32,000 bases of DNA from Pseudodesulfovibrio piezophilus C1TLV30 (lineage in GTDB: Bacteria > Desulfobacterota > Desulfovibrionia > Desulfovibrionales > Desulfovibrionaceae). The stretch is from NCBI RefSeq assembly GCF_000341895.1, contig NC_020409.1, positions 1,020,001 to 1,052,000 of the forward strand. The letters run 5' to 3'. Every line of letters begins with the position of its first letter. Positions within the stretch are counted from its first letter, which is position 1. Position numbers and translations under genes: made by a program. The notes below the pieces were generated by a model. That model worked only from the letters and a program-made list of their open reading frames with translations. It was not told the DNA's origin and ran no database searches. Shown one piece after another: positions 9,075-16,655 of the stretch.

Positions 9075-9398
9075 ATGGACGACGTCAGAATATACGGCGA
9101 TTTTCACCGCATCACTCCAGATATTTTCGAGCAAATCAAGGATGCAATCCCTGTTGATCAGGTTGAGTACGATGGTGATGTGTTACGAATTGACCATGAA
9201 GGGACCTATATCCTGATGGACGACTTTATCGAATTAATCAGTAAGAGACTGCCCGAGGAGGGCTATGGGCATGTCGAATTCATCGACAACCTCGAATGGG
9301 AAGTGACACGGTATACAATAACTCCCGGCAAGATAGAGCACAAGAAAATCAAAGTGGATAATGTCCTCGATGCTCATATGCGTGACCTCGGCATGTAA
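9075..9398 (+). CDS. Hypothetical acidic 107-aa protein, probably co-transcribed with GT2 paralog 3
   Basis: A strong SD AGGAGATAACC precedes the ATG, 61 nt after the paralog 3 stop, and a strong terminator follows. I recognise no family. Confidence 0.65.
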   Translation: MDDVRIYGDFHRITPDIFEQIKDAIPVDQVEYDGDVLRIDHEGTYILMDDFIELISKRLPEEGYGHVEFIDNLEWEVTRYTITPGKIEHKKIKVDNVLDAHMRDLGM

Positions 9399-9414
9399 TC
9401 AAATCTCATTCTCA

Positions 9415-9457
9415 GAAAAAAATAGGCCACCCGAACTCGGGCGGCCTATTTTTTTCT
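9415..9457. terminator. Bidirectional rho-independent terminator
   Basis: ATAGGCCACCCG-AACT-CGGGCGGCCTAT forms a 12-bp stem with one mismatch, flanked by an A7 tract upstream and a T7 tract downstream. It lies between the convergent 9075-9398 (+) and csp (-) genes. Confidence 0.75.
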
Positions 9458-9472
9458 GCTTGCTATAAACAA

Positions 9473-9703
9473 TCAGAAATGAAGTGACTGTGATGCAGCA
9501 TGCATTAGTCTGACATCGACAGCTTTGGGGCCAATCTTCTCATCGACGATATCGAAAGAGACTCGCTCCCCAGCATCCAGGGTCTGGAACCCATCACGTA
9601 TAACTTCGGAATAATTAACAAAGACATCCGATCCATCATCTGCGAGGATGAAACCGAATCCTTTTTGCTCGTTAAACCAACTGACCGTCCCTTCTCGCCG
9701 CAC
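9473..9703 (-). CDS. Cold-shock domain protein (CspA family)
   Basis: GTVSWFNEQKGFGFI (RNP1-like) and DVFVNYS (RNP2-like) are present. I prefer the GTG start at 9703 because GGAGG lies 5 nt upstream. The longer ORF-track start at 9796 and the ATG at 9715 both lack an SD. Confidence 0.85.
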   Translation of the reverse strand: MRREGTVSWFNEQKGFGFILADDGSDVFVNYSEVIRDGFQTLDAGERVSFDIVDEKIGPKAVDVRLMHAASQSLHF

Positions 9704-9736
9704 ACCGACCTCCATGGAATAGGTAGATACGAAGCG

Positions 9737-9765
9737 AAGATAGCCCGATACCATATTCTTGGCAA
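9737..9765 (-). promoter_or_regulatory. Candidate sigma70 promoter for csp
   Basis: On the minus strand, TTGCCA, a 17-nt spacer, then TATCTT, ending ~30 nt upstream of the GTG start. Confidence 0.35.
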
Positions 9766-9798
9766 TCCGGTTTCTCTTAAAAAGGGTTCGAGACAATT

Positions 9799-9957
9799 TT
9801 ACTCAGAAACCGGTCTCTCTGCTTCTTCAGGTATGCCAACACCATCTTCAGCTGTTTCCAGCTTCTTGGCGTCCTTGCGTTTCTGCTTTTCTTCTTTCTT
9901 CTTCTTCTTAGCCATTTCCTTCTGTCGCTTTGCAAACTTATAATTGGGCTTGGCCAA
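9799..9957 (-). CDS. Small Lys/Glu-rich basic protein (52 aa), absent from the ORF track
   Basis: The minus strand reads GGGAGGAAAAT-TTG GCC AAG CCC AAT TAT AAG TTT GCA AAG CGA CAG AAG GAA ATG GCT AAG AAG AAG AAG AAA GAA GAA AAG ... TAA. The product is (M)AKPNYKFAKRQKEMAKKKKKEEKQKRKDAKKLETAEDGVGIPEEAERPVSE, with a strong SD at correct spacing. It sits between two RNA-chaperone-type genes. Confidence 0.4.
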   Translation of the reverse strand: MAKPNYKFAKRQKEMAKKKKKEEKQKRKDAKKLETAEDGVGIPEEAERPVSE

Positions 9958-10002
9958 ATTTTCCTCCCTGTTAAGATGACTTCCGCCTCTGACTGAAAGC
10001 GC

Positions 10003-10043
10003 GGAAAAAGAAAACGCCCGACTCCCGAATGAGAGGCGGGCGT
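10003..10043 (-). terminator. Rho-independent terminator after the RRM protein gene
   Basis: On the minus strand an ACGCCCG...CGGGCGT imperfect hairpin is followed by TTTTCTTTTTCC, 33 nt after the stop at 10076. Confidence 0.6.
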
Positions 10044-10075
10044 AGATGTGCCTGATTGATCAGCAGGTAAAATGC

Positions 10076-10339
10076 TTACCAGCGAGGACGCTCAACACGG
10101 GGTTTGGCTTCGTTGACCTTGATGTTACGGCCACCGAAATCTTTGCCGTCCAGAGCTTCGATAGCATCCAGGTAGCCGTCTTCGGACATTTCGACAAAGC
10201 CGAAACCACGGGGACGACCGGTTTCGCGGTCTTCGATCAACTTAACGGAAGTAACTTCACCATATGCCGCAAACGCTGCACGGACCTCATCTTCAGTTGC
10301 GGACCAGGGCAAATTGCCGACATAAATGTTCTTGGACAT
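10076..10339 (-). CDS. RRM-type (RNP-1) RNA-binding protein, 87 aa
   Basis: NIYVGNL (RNP2) and RGFGFVEM (RNP1) motifs are present. The start is at MSKNIY (ATG 10339) with an AGGAG SD 8 nt upstream. The longer ORF-track start adds an implausible hydrophobic leader. Confidence 0.9.
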   Translation of the reverse strand: MSKNIYVGNLPWSATEDEVRAAFAAYGEVTSVKLIEDRETGRPRGFGFVEMSEDGYLDAIEALDGKDFGGRNIKVNEAKPRVERPRW

Positions 10340-10387
10340 TAAAAAACTCCTAAAGAAAGTGATGTGAAAATGACGCCCGTGCGTCAC

Positions 10388-10433
10388 TATAAAAATAATA
10401 AAAGAAGCAGCGTACACGATGCGCACGCTGCTC
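10388..10433 (-). terminator. Terminator-like hairpin plus U-tract inside the 262-nt spacer upstream of the RRM gene
   Basis: The minus-strand RNA reads GAGCAGCGU-gcgcaucgugu-ACGCUGCUU (8 bp perfect plus a G-U pair) followed by CUUUUAUUAUUUUUAUA. A second small hairpin, UGACGC-ACGG-GCGUCA plus UUUU, lies at 10371-10386. Confidence 0.5.
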
Positions 10434-10601
10434 CTCGATATACCTGTTCATTCAAACCAGCGCCGGCCAACATTCGACCGCGCCTCCACGGGTGCCGCTG
10501 GTGTAGAAACCAACTTATTTGCTATTTATGAAGATAAGTCAAGCAATATAATTTTTTTTATTGTTTAAAAATTACAATGCGCTTTGAGCGGGAAAGAGAT
10601 T

Positions 10602-12128
10602 TCAGCTCCCCATTCCCATAGGAACAGAACCTTCGAACTCTTCCCGAGTACCGCAAAAAATCTGCTTTCCTCTCTCCATGACCATGACATGATTGATAGC
10701 AGCAATTCGATCTTCCACATGATGCGTGACCATCACAAGGGGTACACCGGAGTCCGCCAACTGCTGCAACAGGCCAAGCATAAGTGAACGCGAGACACTG
10801 TCCAACCCGGCCATGGGTTCATCCAAAAGTAATAATCTCGGATTCGAAGCCATGGCCCGAGCCAACAAGATTCGTCTTTGTTGCCCATAGGACATACGGC
10901 GAAGCGGACGATCCGCAAGCTCAGCCAACCCGACTCTGGCAAGCCAATCCTGTGCACCGAGCAACTCTGCACTTTCTGGCTCATCCAGCATTCCGACACT
11001 GCCCCGATACCCGGAAAGAACGGTTTCCAAAGCTGTCACTTCCCATGCCAGTTCACGCCCATATCCTGTTTGCAAGGCAGGAGAAACAAAACCAATGCGT
11101 GGCCGGGCCTTGTCCATGGGCATGCCCCCCAACCGCTCCACAACACCAAGCCCCTGAGCATCGTCAGCATACGGCGCTATTTCACTGAGAATCAATTTGA
11201 GTAGTGTTGACTTTCCAGCGCCGTTGTCACCCAGAATAATCCAATTTTCCCCAGGCAGGACAGTCCAATTGACAGAATGAAGAAAACGGACACCGCCTGA
11301 CACGACGGAAACATTTTTCATACGTACCAAAAATTCAACGTCATCCACTTCATTATGCACTGGCAATTCACAAGCCACCACATCTGGTTCACTCTCCTGA
11401 AGAAGCTCAAGCGCATCTTCCCGGTCACCTTCCATGATGATTCTCCCACCATGCATAATCACTGCCCGGTTCACGGAGTGCGGCACATCACCGATTCGAT
11501 GCGCAGCACATACCAAAGTGGAAATTTCCCCCGCTGTATCGAGCAAGCTCAACACTTCGGCACGAGAAACCACATCAAGTCCCTCAAGGCATTCATCCAA
11601 GAGAAGAATATCCGGACGAGGCGCCAAGGCCCGAGCTATGAGCAACTTTCTGACCTGCCCTGTCGAAAGAGTCCCCAGCTCACTTGCCGCCAATTCTTCA
11701 ATACCGAGGAGAGCAATGATTTCATCTGCCGCTGCTTCCTGCTGCGGGGATGCCTGCTCATAAAGAAGCGGAGTATCAAAGAACCCGGCCAGCACAACAG
11801 TACGTCCCACTGACCGTCGGGCATGGAGAAAATAAAAATCCTGCATATCCGCAGAAACGAGTCCGATACGCTGACGCAGTCCCAGAACCGTTGGTTGAGG
11901 ACCGTCCCCCAAATCATAGACGCGCACTCCACCGGGGTCGGGCAGGATATCACCACGCAACAACTTCAATAATGTTGTTTTGCCTGATCCGTTATGGCCA
12001 ACCACGGCAACATGCTCTCCACGCAAAAGCTGCATGGAAAGAGAACCTACCAATCGTGTCCCGTTTCGTCTCACGGACACGCCTTCAAGCTGAATAAGTG
12101 GATGCATAAGGACATTCTTCACCTTCAT
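10602..12128 (-). CDS. ABC-type ATPase with two tandem nucleotide-binding domains and no membrane domain (ModF-like architecture)
   Basis: Two sets of motifs are present. Set 1 is GHNGSGKTTLLK / LSTGQVRKLLIARAL / LLLDE. Set 2 is GDNGAGKSTLLK / MSYGQQRRILLARAM / LLLLDEP. Confidence 0.85.
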   Translation of the reverse strand: MKVKNVLMHPLIQLEGVSVRRNGTRLVGSLSMQLLRGEHVAVVGHNGSGKTTLLKLLRGDILPDPGGVRVYDLGDGPQPTVLGLRQRIGLVSADMQDFYFLHARRSVGRTVVLAGFFDTPLLYEQASPQQEAAADEIIALLGIEELAASELGTLSTGQVRKLLIARALAPRPDILLLDECLEGLDVVSRAEVLSLLDTAGEISTLVCAAHRIGDVPHSVNRAVIMHGGRIIMEGDREDALELLQESEPDVVACELPVHNEVDDVEFLVRMKNVSVVSGGVRFLHSVNWTVLPGENWIILGDNGAGKSTLLKLILSEIAPYADDAQGLGVVERLGGMPMDKARPRIGFVSPALQTGYGRELAWEVTALETVLSGYRGSVGMLDEPESAELLGAQDWLARVGLAELADRPLRRMSYGQQRRILLARAMASNPRLLLLDEPMAGLDSVSRSLMLGLLQQLADSGVPLVMVTHHVEDRIAAINHVMVMERGKQIFCGTREEFEGSVPMGMGS

Positions 12129-12132
12129 TCAC

Positions 12133-12150
12133 CGAAAGGCAACCCTTTCG
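12133..12150. promoter_or_regulatory. Perfect inverted repeat in the 59-nt divergent spacer between the ABC ATPase and DUF362-hypF
   Basis: CGAAAGG-CAAC-CCTTTCG has 7-bp arms. The same bases also read as a weak GG-N10-GC element (AGGCAACCCTTTCGCC) on the plus strand. Confidence 0.3.
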
Positions 12151-12187
12151 CCTTGAAAATACACACGGTTGTGGCATAGCATGCTGA

Positions 12188-13108
12188 ATGTCTGCCAAAG
12201 TTGTCATCACCCATATCCCGGAATACTCGTTCCCTTCGCTCGCCCAGCGCACTGCCGTCCTTCTGGAAAAAGCAGGTCTCACTCCCTCTCCCGGCCACCA
12301 TATTCTAGTGAAACCCAACCTGGTGTCCCCCAGCAATGCCAGCCATTGCTGTACGCATCCCATGATAGTCAAGGCGGCGTGCGCTTATTTACTGGACCAC
12401 AAAGTGAAAATCACCGTGGCCGATTCTCCTGCTTTCGGCAATGCATCCCATGCCGCACGTCGATCCGGCCTGCGACAAGCCATGGCAGAACTCGGTCTCG
12501 AAGTGACCAGCCTTCGCCACCCGACTCCACTGCCCCTGAGCCAGGGCGGGACCATAGGGATTTCAAAGGATGCTCTCGAAAAGGACCTCATACTCAATAT
12601 CCCGAAACTCAAGGTCCACTGCCAGATGACCATCTCCGGGGCGGTCAAGAATCTTTTCGGATGTGTGGTCGGCTTTCGCAAGGCCGTCGCTCATAACAGG
12701 CTTGGTCACAGTCATGAAGTTTTCCGCTCCATGCTTATGGATGTTTACGATGCACTGCCGACAACGTTTCACCTCATGGACGGAATCCATTCCATGCACA
12801 AGGATGGACCTATTAATGGAGAGCCATTTGAACTGGGACTGCTTTCCGCATCAAACAATGGCATTGCCCTGGACACGGCCGCATACGTTATTCTTGGTTT
12901 GCAACCAAACCAAGTGCCATTGTGGGAGGAAGCATACATGCGCCGTCTGGTTGGTTCTCACCCTGATGACATCGTGTATCCATTTGAAAACACAGGGGTC
13001 TTTGACACAACAGGTTTCGAGATGTCGAACAAACGCCCCCTTGACTTTCACCTCCTGCGCCTGATCAAAGGACGGGTTCGTAGCCTCATGAAACGGTTTG
13101 TCAAATAA
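12188..13108 (+). CDS. DUF362-family protein
   Basis: ILVKPNLVSP..., a CTHP motif and VADSPAFG resemble the DUF362 fold (KPN motif). The assignment is by eye. hypF follows 32 nt downstream. Confidence 0.65.
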   Translation: MSAKVVITHIPEYSFPSLAQRTAVLLEKAGLTPSPGHHILVKPNLVSPSNASHCCTHPMIVKAACAYLLDHKVKITVADSPAFGNASHAARRSGLRQAMAELGLEVTSLRHPTPLPLSQGGTIGISKDALEKDLILNIPKLKVHCQMTISGAVKNLFGCVVGFRKAVAHNRLGHSHEVFRSMLMDVYDALPTTFHLMDGIHSMHKDGPINGEPFELGLLSASNNGIALDTAAYVILGLQPNQVPLWEEAYMRRLVGSHPDDIVYPFENTGVFDTTGFEMSNKRPLDFHLLRLIKGRVRSLMKRFVK

Positions 13109-13140
13109 GCCCCCCCTTGCACTCATCCGAGAGGGACGAT

Positions 13141-15495
13141 ATGGATAAGAATATGTTTGTGTTGCGCCACCAATTCATCATTACCGGCCAGGTTCAGGGG
13201 GTCGGCTTCAGGCCGTTTGTCTATAGAACGGCCATGGATGCCGCTGTTACCGGCTCGGTGAACAACTCCAGCCAGGGCGTGATCATCGAAGCACAAGGAT
13301 CACCGGAACAATTGGAAGCATTCACCGAGACACTCGCAGGAGAAATGCCTCCCCTTGCACAGGTCGTTACCTTTGAAATGGACGAACTCACTCCGGTTGC
13401 AGGAGAAACAGAATTCATCATACTTGAATCAACGGGTGGCAGCGGACACTCCGTACTCATCAGTGCTGATGTTGCGACCTGCCCGGATTGCCTGAACGAC
13501 ATTGCAGACCCACAAAACCGACGGTTTCGCTATCCTTTCACCAACTGTACGAACTGTGGGCCACGCTATACTATCACCCACTCCATTCCATACGATCGCC
13601 CGCAAACTTCCATGGCCTGCTTTCCTCTCTGCCCGGACTGTCAGCGCGAATACAACGACCCATTGGACAGACGATTCCACGCGCAACCCAACGCCTGCCC
13701 CCGGTGCGGTCCCAAGGTCTGGCTGACAAGCAATACAAACACCATGATCGCCCAAGGAGACGAATCCATTCGCCGATTGGCGTGTGAACTCCTGGAAGGA
13801 AAAATCGCCGCAGTCAAAGGACTGGGAGGATTCCACCTCGTGTGTGACGCGACTTCCGACACCGCTGTTGCGACCCTCCGCACTCGTAAACACAGACCAG
13901 ACAAGCCCTTGGCTGTCATGGTCCCGGATATGGAAACAGCCAAAAAGCTGGCGGACATCCTCCCGGCTGAGGAAGCATGGCTTACAGGAGTCAAGCGCCC
14001 CATTGTCCTCGCAGCAAAACGTCCCTCCCATGCGCTTTCTTCTCTCGTGGCTCCTGACACGAATTTCATTGGACTGATGCTCCCATACACCCCCCTGCAC
14101 CATGTCCTGCTGAGTGATTTGACTCATACGCAAAATTGCATGGAAAAAAAGAAAGCTCTTCCGGCCCTTGTCATGACTTCCGGGAACATGTCCTCGGAGC
14201 CGATCGCCTTGGGCAACAGGGAAGCAATGGAAAGATTGTCTGACATTGCCGATATATTTCTCTACCACAATCGGGACATTCTAGTGAGGACGGATGACTC
14301 TGTCCTTCGCGTCAATCCGACCAGTGGAGACCCGCTTTTCATGCGCAGAGCACGCGGATTTACTCCAGAACCAGTCTTCCTCGCAGACAAAGGGCCAGTG
14401 GTGCTGGGAGTCGGACCGGAACTCAAATGCACCGTGACGCTGACCAAAGGAGACCAGGCATTCCCCAGTCAACATATAGGGAATGTCGCCAACCTGGAAA
14501 CTATGGAGTTTCACCAGGAACTCCTTGCGCATATGGAGAAGACTCTCCAAGTAAAGCCAGAACTCATCGTGCGAGACCTCCATCCCGATTACATGACAAG
14601 TGAAAGAGCCGAGACTCTCGGTTCGGAACGGTCAATCCCGGTTGCCATCCTCCAGCACCATTACGCCCATATTCATGCGGTTCTGGCCGAAAACCAATTC
14701 ACCGACCCAGCCATTGGATTTGCGCTGGATGGCACAGGCCTTGGAGAAGACGGCACCATCTGGGGTGGAGAGTGTCTCCTGGTCATGCCTGAAGATTTGT
14801 CCCATCAGCGTTTAGCCCATTTTTCACATATTCCTCTCCCTGGAGGCGAGGCTGCAGTCAAGGAACCATGGCGCATAGCCCAAGCGGCTCTCAGGGAAAT
14901 AGGAATTACCAGCCCTGGAACCTATCGTTGGCCATGGCTCGATGAGTTTTCTCGCGAGTCCGCCTTTTTACCCAAGATTCTCGATAAGCGCATCAACACT
15001 CCCCTGACATCCAGCTGCGGACGACTTTTTGATGCGGTTGCCGCTCTTTGTGGTTTGGCAAATACCATCACCTATGAAGGACAGGCTGCCATTCGTCTGG
15101 AAAAAATTCAGGACATGACCGAAACACACGCCTACCCTTGTCCTCTCAAGTCTCATGAACCGATAGCTCTCAACACCCACAAGTTGATCAGAGGAGTCAT
15201 AGAAGACCTCGACGCGGGAGTTCCTGTGCCCGTTGTCGCACGTCGCTTTCACCTCGGCCTTATCACGGGACTCGTGGATATGGCTTATTCCTTTTCACTG
15301 ATACTCGATATACATCATATTGCCCTCTCCGGCGGTGTCATGCAAAACCTAACATTGGCCGCAGAACTTCCGATAGCGCTTGAACAAGCAGGCCTGGTCC
15401 CGTTGGTTCACAAAAAAATCCCCCCGAATGATGCCTGCATCTCACTTGGACAGGCAGCCTGGGGCCAAAGAAAACTTCTCCTTGAACATTCATAA
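13141..15495 (+). CDS. hypF: [NiFe]-hydrogenase maturation carbamoyltransferase HypF
   Basis: It has an acylphosphatase domain (GQVQGVGFRPFVYR) and two Zn-finger pairs (CPDCLNDIADPQNRRFRYPFTNCTNCGPRYT and CPDCQREYNDPLDRRFHAQPNACPRCGP). A YrdC-like domain (KGLGGFHLVCDA) and a Kae1-like C-terminus follow. The ATG at 13141 has SD GAGAGGGA; the TTG at 13117 is less likely. Confidence 0.92.
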   Translation: MDKNMFVLRHQFIITGQVQGVGFRPFVYRTAMDAAVTGSVNNSSQGVIIEAQGSPEQLEAFTETLAGEMPPLAQVVTFEMDELTPVAGETEFIILESTGGSGHSVLISADVATCPDCLNDIADPQNRRFRYPFTNCTNCGPRYTITHSIPYDRPQTSMACFPLCPDCQREYNDPLDRRFHAQPNACPRCGPKVWLTSNTNTMIAQGDESIRRLACELLEGKIAAVKGLGGFHLVCDATSDTAVATLRTRKHRPDKPLAVMVPDMETAKKLADILPAEEAWLTGVKRPIVLAAKRPSHALSSLVAPDTNFIGLMLPYTPLHHVLLSDLTHTQNCMEKKKALPALVMTSGNMSSEPIALGNREAMERLSDIADIFLYHNRDILVRTDDSVLRVNPTSGDPLFMRRARGFTPEPVFLADKGPVVLGVGPELKCTVTLTKGDQAFPSQHIGNVANLETMEFHQELLAHMEKTLQVKPELIVRDLHPDYMTSERAETLGSERSIPVAILQHHYAHIHAVLAENQFTDPAIGFALDGTGLGEDGTIWGGECLLVMPEDLSHQRLAHFSHIPLPGGEAAVKEPWRIAQAALREIGITSPGTYRWPWLDEFSRESAFLPKILDKRINTPLTSSCGRLFDAVAALCGLANTITYEGQAAIRLEKIQDMTETHAYPCPLKSHEPIALNTHKLIRGVIEDLDAGVPVPVVARRFHLGLITGLVDMAYSFSLILDIHHIALSGGVMQNLTLAAELPIALEQAGLVPLVHKKIPPNDACISLGQAAWGQRKLLLEHS

Positions 15496-15503
15496 AGGAT
15501 ATC

Positions 15504-16244
15504 ATGATGCACACCATCTTTCTGACCATTATAGCACTTCTGCTCCTCTCGGCACCTGCCCAGGCACAAGAGAGCGCACCATGTCCCGCTCCGCCACTCA
15601 CATTCTGTGCTCCCACCATGCTCGGCCAGGTCGCCATCAGGGAAGAAACCGCCGGACATCTTATTGATATGCGATACCCGGTTCTCTGTGATGCGGATGC
15701 AACGGCAACGATTCGAGACGATATGACCGCAACACTTGCGCGTTTCAAGGCCATAGATCCCGAACACGATCAATCAGAATTTCCGCACAAATACAGCATG
15801 GAATCAGAGTACTCGGTCTGGTCTGCCGGAGCAGGACGGCTCGGCTCAGTCAAAATTCAGATTTTCGAATACACGGGAGGAGCACATGGAATGTACTGGC
15901 CCGAAACCTGGGTTTTCAATATGGCCGATGGCGAACCACTGGCTCTCGACGAGATACTGCTTGATCCCCAAGATGCACTCCAAATGATTTCCGCACATGT
16001 CCGCACGGTTCTCCGCAGCTCTCTGGGGAATATGTTTGTCCCGGAAATGCTTCAGGACGGTACGCGGCCAACCCTGTCCAATTTTGCAAACTACATTTTA
16101 AGTGACGAGGGAATGACCTTTTTCTTTTCTCCGTATCAAGTAGCCCCTTTCGCAGCCGGAGAATCCGCCGTGCCCCTTCCATGGAGCATGATCAGGCGAT
16201 ACGTCAAACCGGAGATTCGCGACCTGCTTTCACCCTCATTGTAA
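15504..16244 (+). CDS. Secreted DUF3298/RsiV-like domain protein
   Basis: A signal peptide MMHTIFLTIIALLLLSAPAQA|QE is present. The YTGGAHG motif and the F..Y..AP...G ending are characteristic of DUF3298. Confidence 0.65.
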   Translation: MMHTIFLTIIALLLLSAPAQAQESAPCPAPPLTFCAPTMLGQVAIREETAGHLIDMRYPVLCDADATATIRDDMTATLARFKAIDPEHDQSEFPHKYSMESEYSVWSAGAGRLGSVKIQIFEYTGGAHGMYWPETWVFNMADGEPLALDEILLDPQDALQMISAHVRTVLRSSLGNMFVPEMLQDGTRPTLSNFANYILSDEGMTFFFSPYQVAPFAAGESAVPLPWSMIRRYVKPEIRDLLSPSL

Positions 16245-16316
16245 CCTTATTTGATTTTTTTCATAAAAAGTTGCTATAGATAGATATGAATCTCAATGAA
16301 CAGTAAAGGAGTCACC

Positions 16317-16475
16317 ATGGAACTCATTCGAATTATCATCTCAGTACTTATTCCTCCCTTGGGAGCATTTCTCAAAGTCGGCCTGAGTTTGCAATTTCTG
16401 CTCAACCTCATCCTGACTCTGTGCGGGTATTTTCCAGGTCTTGTGCATGTCATCTGGCTCCTGTCCAGAAAATAA
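16317..16475 (+). CDS. Pmp3/YqaE (UPF0057) small hydrophobic membrane protein, 52 aa, absent from the ORF track
   Basis: The product is MELIRIIISVLIPPLGAFLKVGLSLQFLLNLILTLCGYFPGLVHVIWLLSRK. The LPPLGV-like and LT..GY.PG..HA-like motifs are typical of the family. SD AAAGGAG lies 6 nt upstream. The overlapping 81-aa minus ORF is rejected. Confidence 0.75.
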   Translation: MELIRIIISVLIPPLGAFLKVGLSLQFLLNLILTLCGYFPGLVHVIWLLSRK

Positions 16476-16561
16476 CTCCCGGCACACATTGAAAATGAAT
16501 TGAACAGATCCCCCAGCACCGCGAATGCCAGTTTCGCCGGGGTACTCTGATTCTCTTCGCA

Positions 16562-16605
16562 GAAAAAAGATCAAGTCCCAGTTCTTCGGGGACTTGATCT
16601 TTTTC
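16562..16605. terminator. Strong bidirectional rho-independent terminator
   Basis: A 13-bp perfect stem AAGATCAAGTCCC / GGGACTTGATCTT is flanked by an A-tract and a T-tract, between the convergent pmp3-like (+) and MCP (-) genes. Confidence 0.8.
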
Positions 16606-16655
16606 TTTCCATGGCAAAAACACGAAGAAAACTCTTTCACCTTGCAAGGCACAAA

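Noticed and set aside
10046-10342. A 98-aa plus-strand ORF.
   Set aside because: It is exactly antisense to the RRM protein gene, which has the RNP1 and RNP2 motifs and an SD.
12169-12696. A 175-aa plus-strand ORF overlapping the DUF362 gene.
   Set aside because: It is an off-frame, Pro/Ser/Arg/Gly-rich product. The 12188-13108 frame gives a globular DUF362-like protein.
13429-14268. A 279-aa minus-strand ORF, together with the other short ORFs inside 13117-15495.
   Set aside because: They are antisense or out of frame within hypF, whose plus-strand frame carries every canonical HypF motif.
16274-16519. An 81-aa minus-strand ORF, and a 103-aa ORF at 16341-16652.
   Set aside because: They overlap the plus-strand 52-aa Pmp3/YqaE gene, which has an SD and a family-typical sequence. 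They also run through the strong bidirectional terminator.
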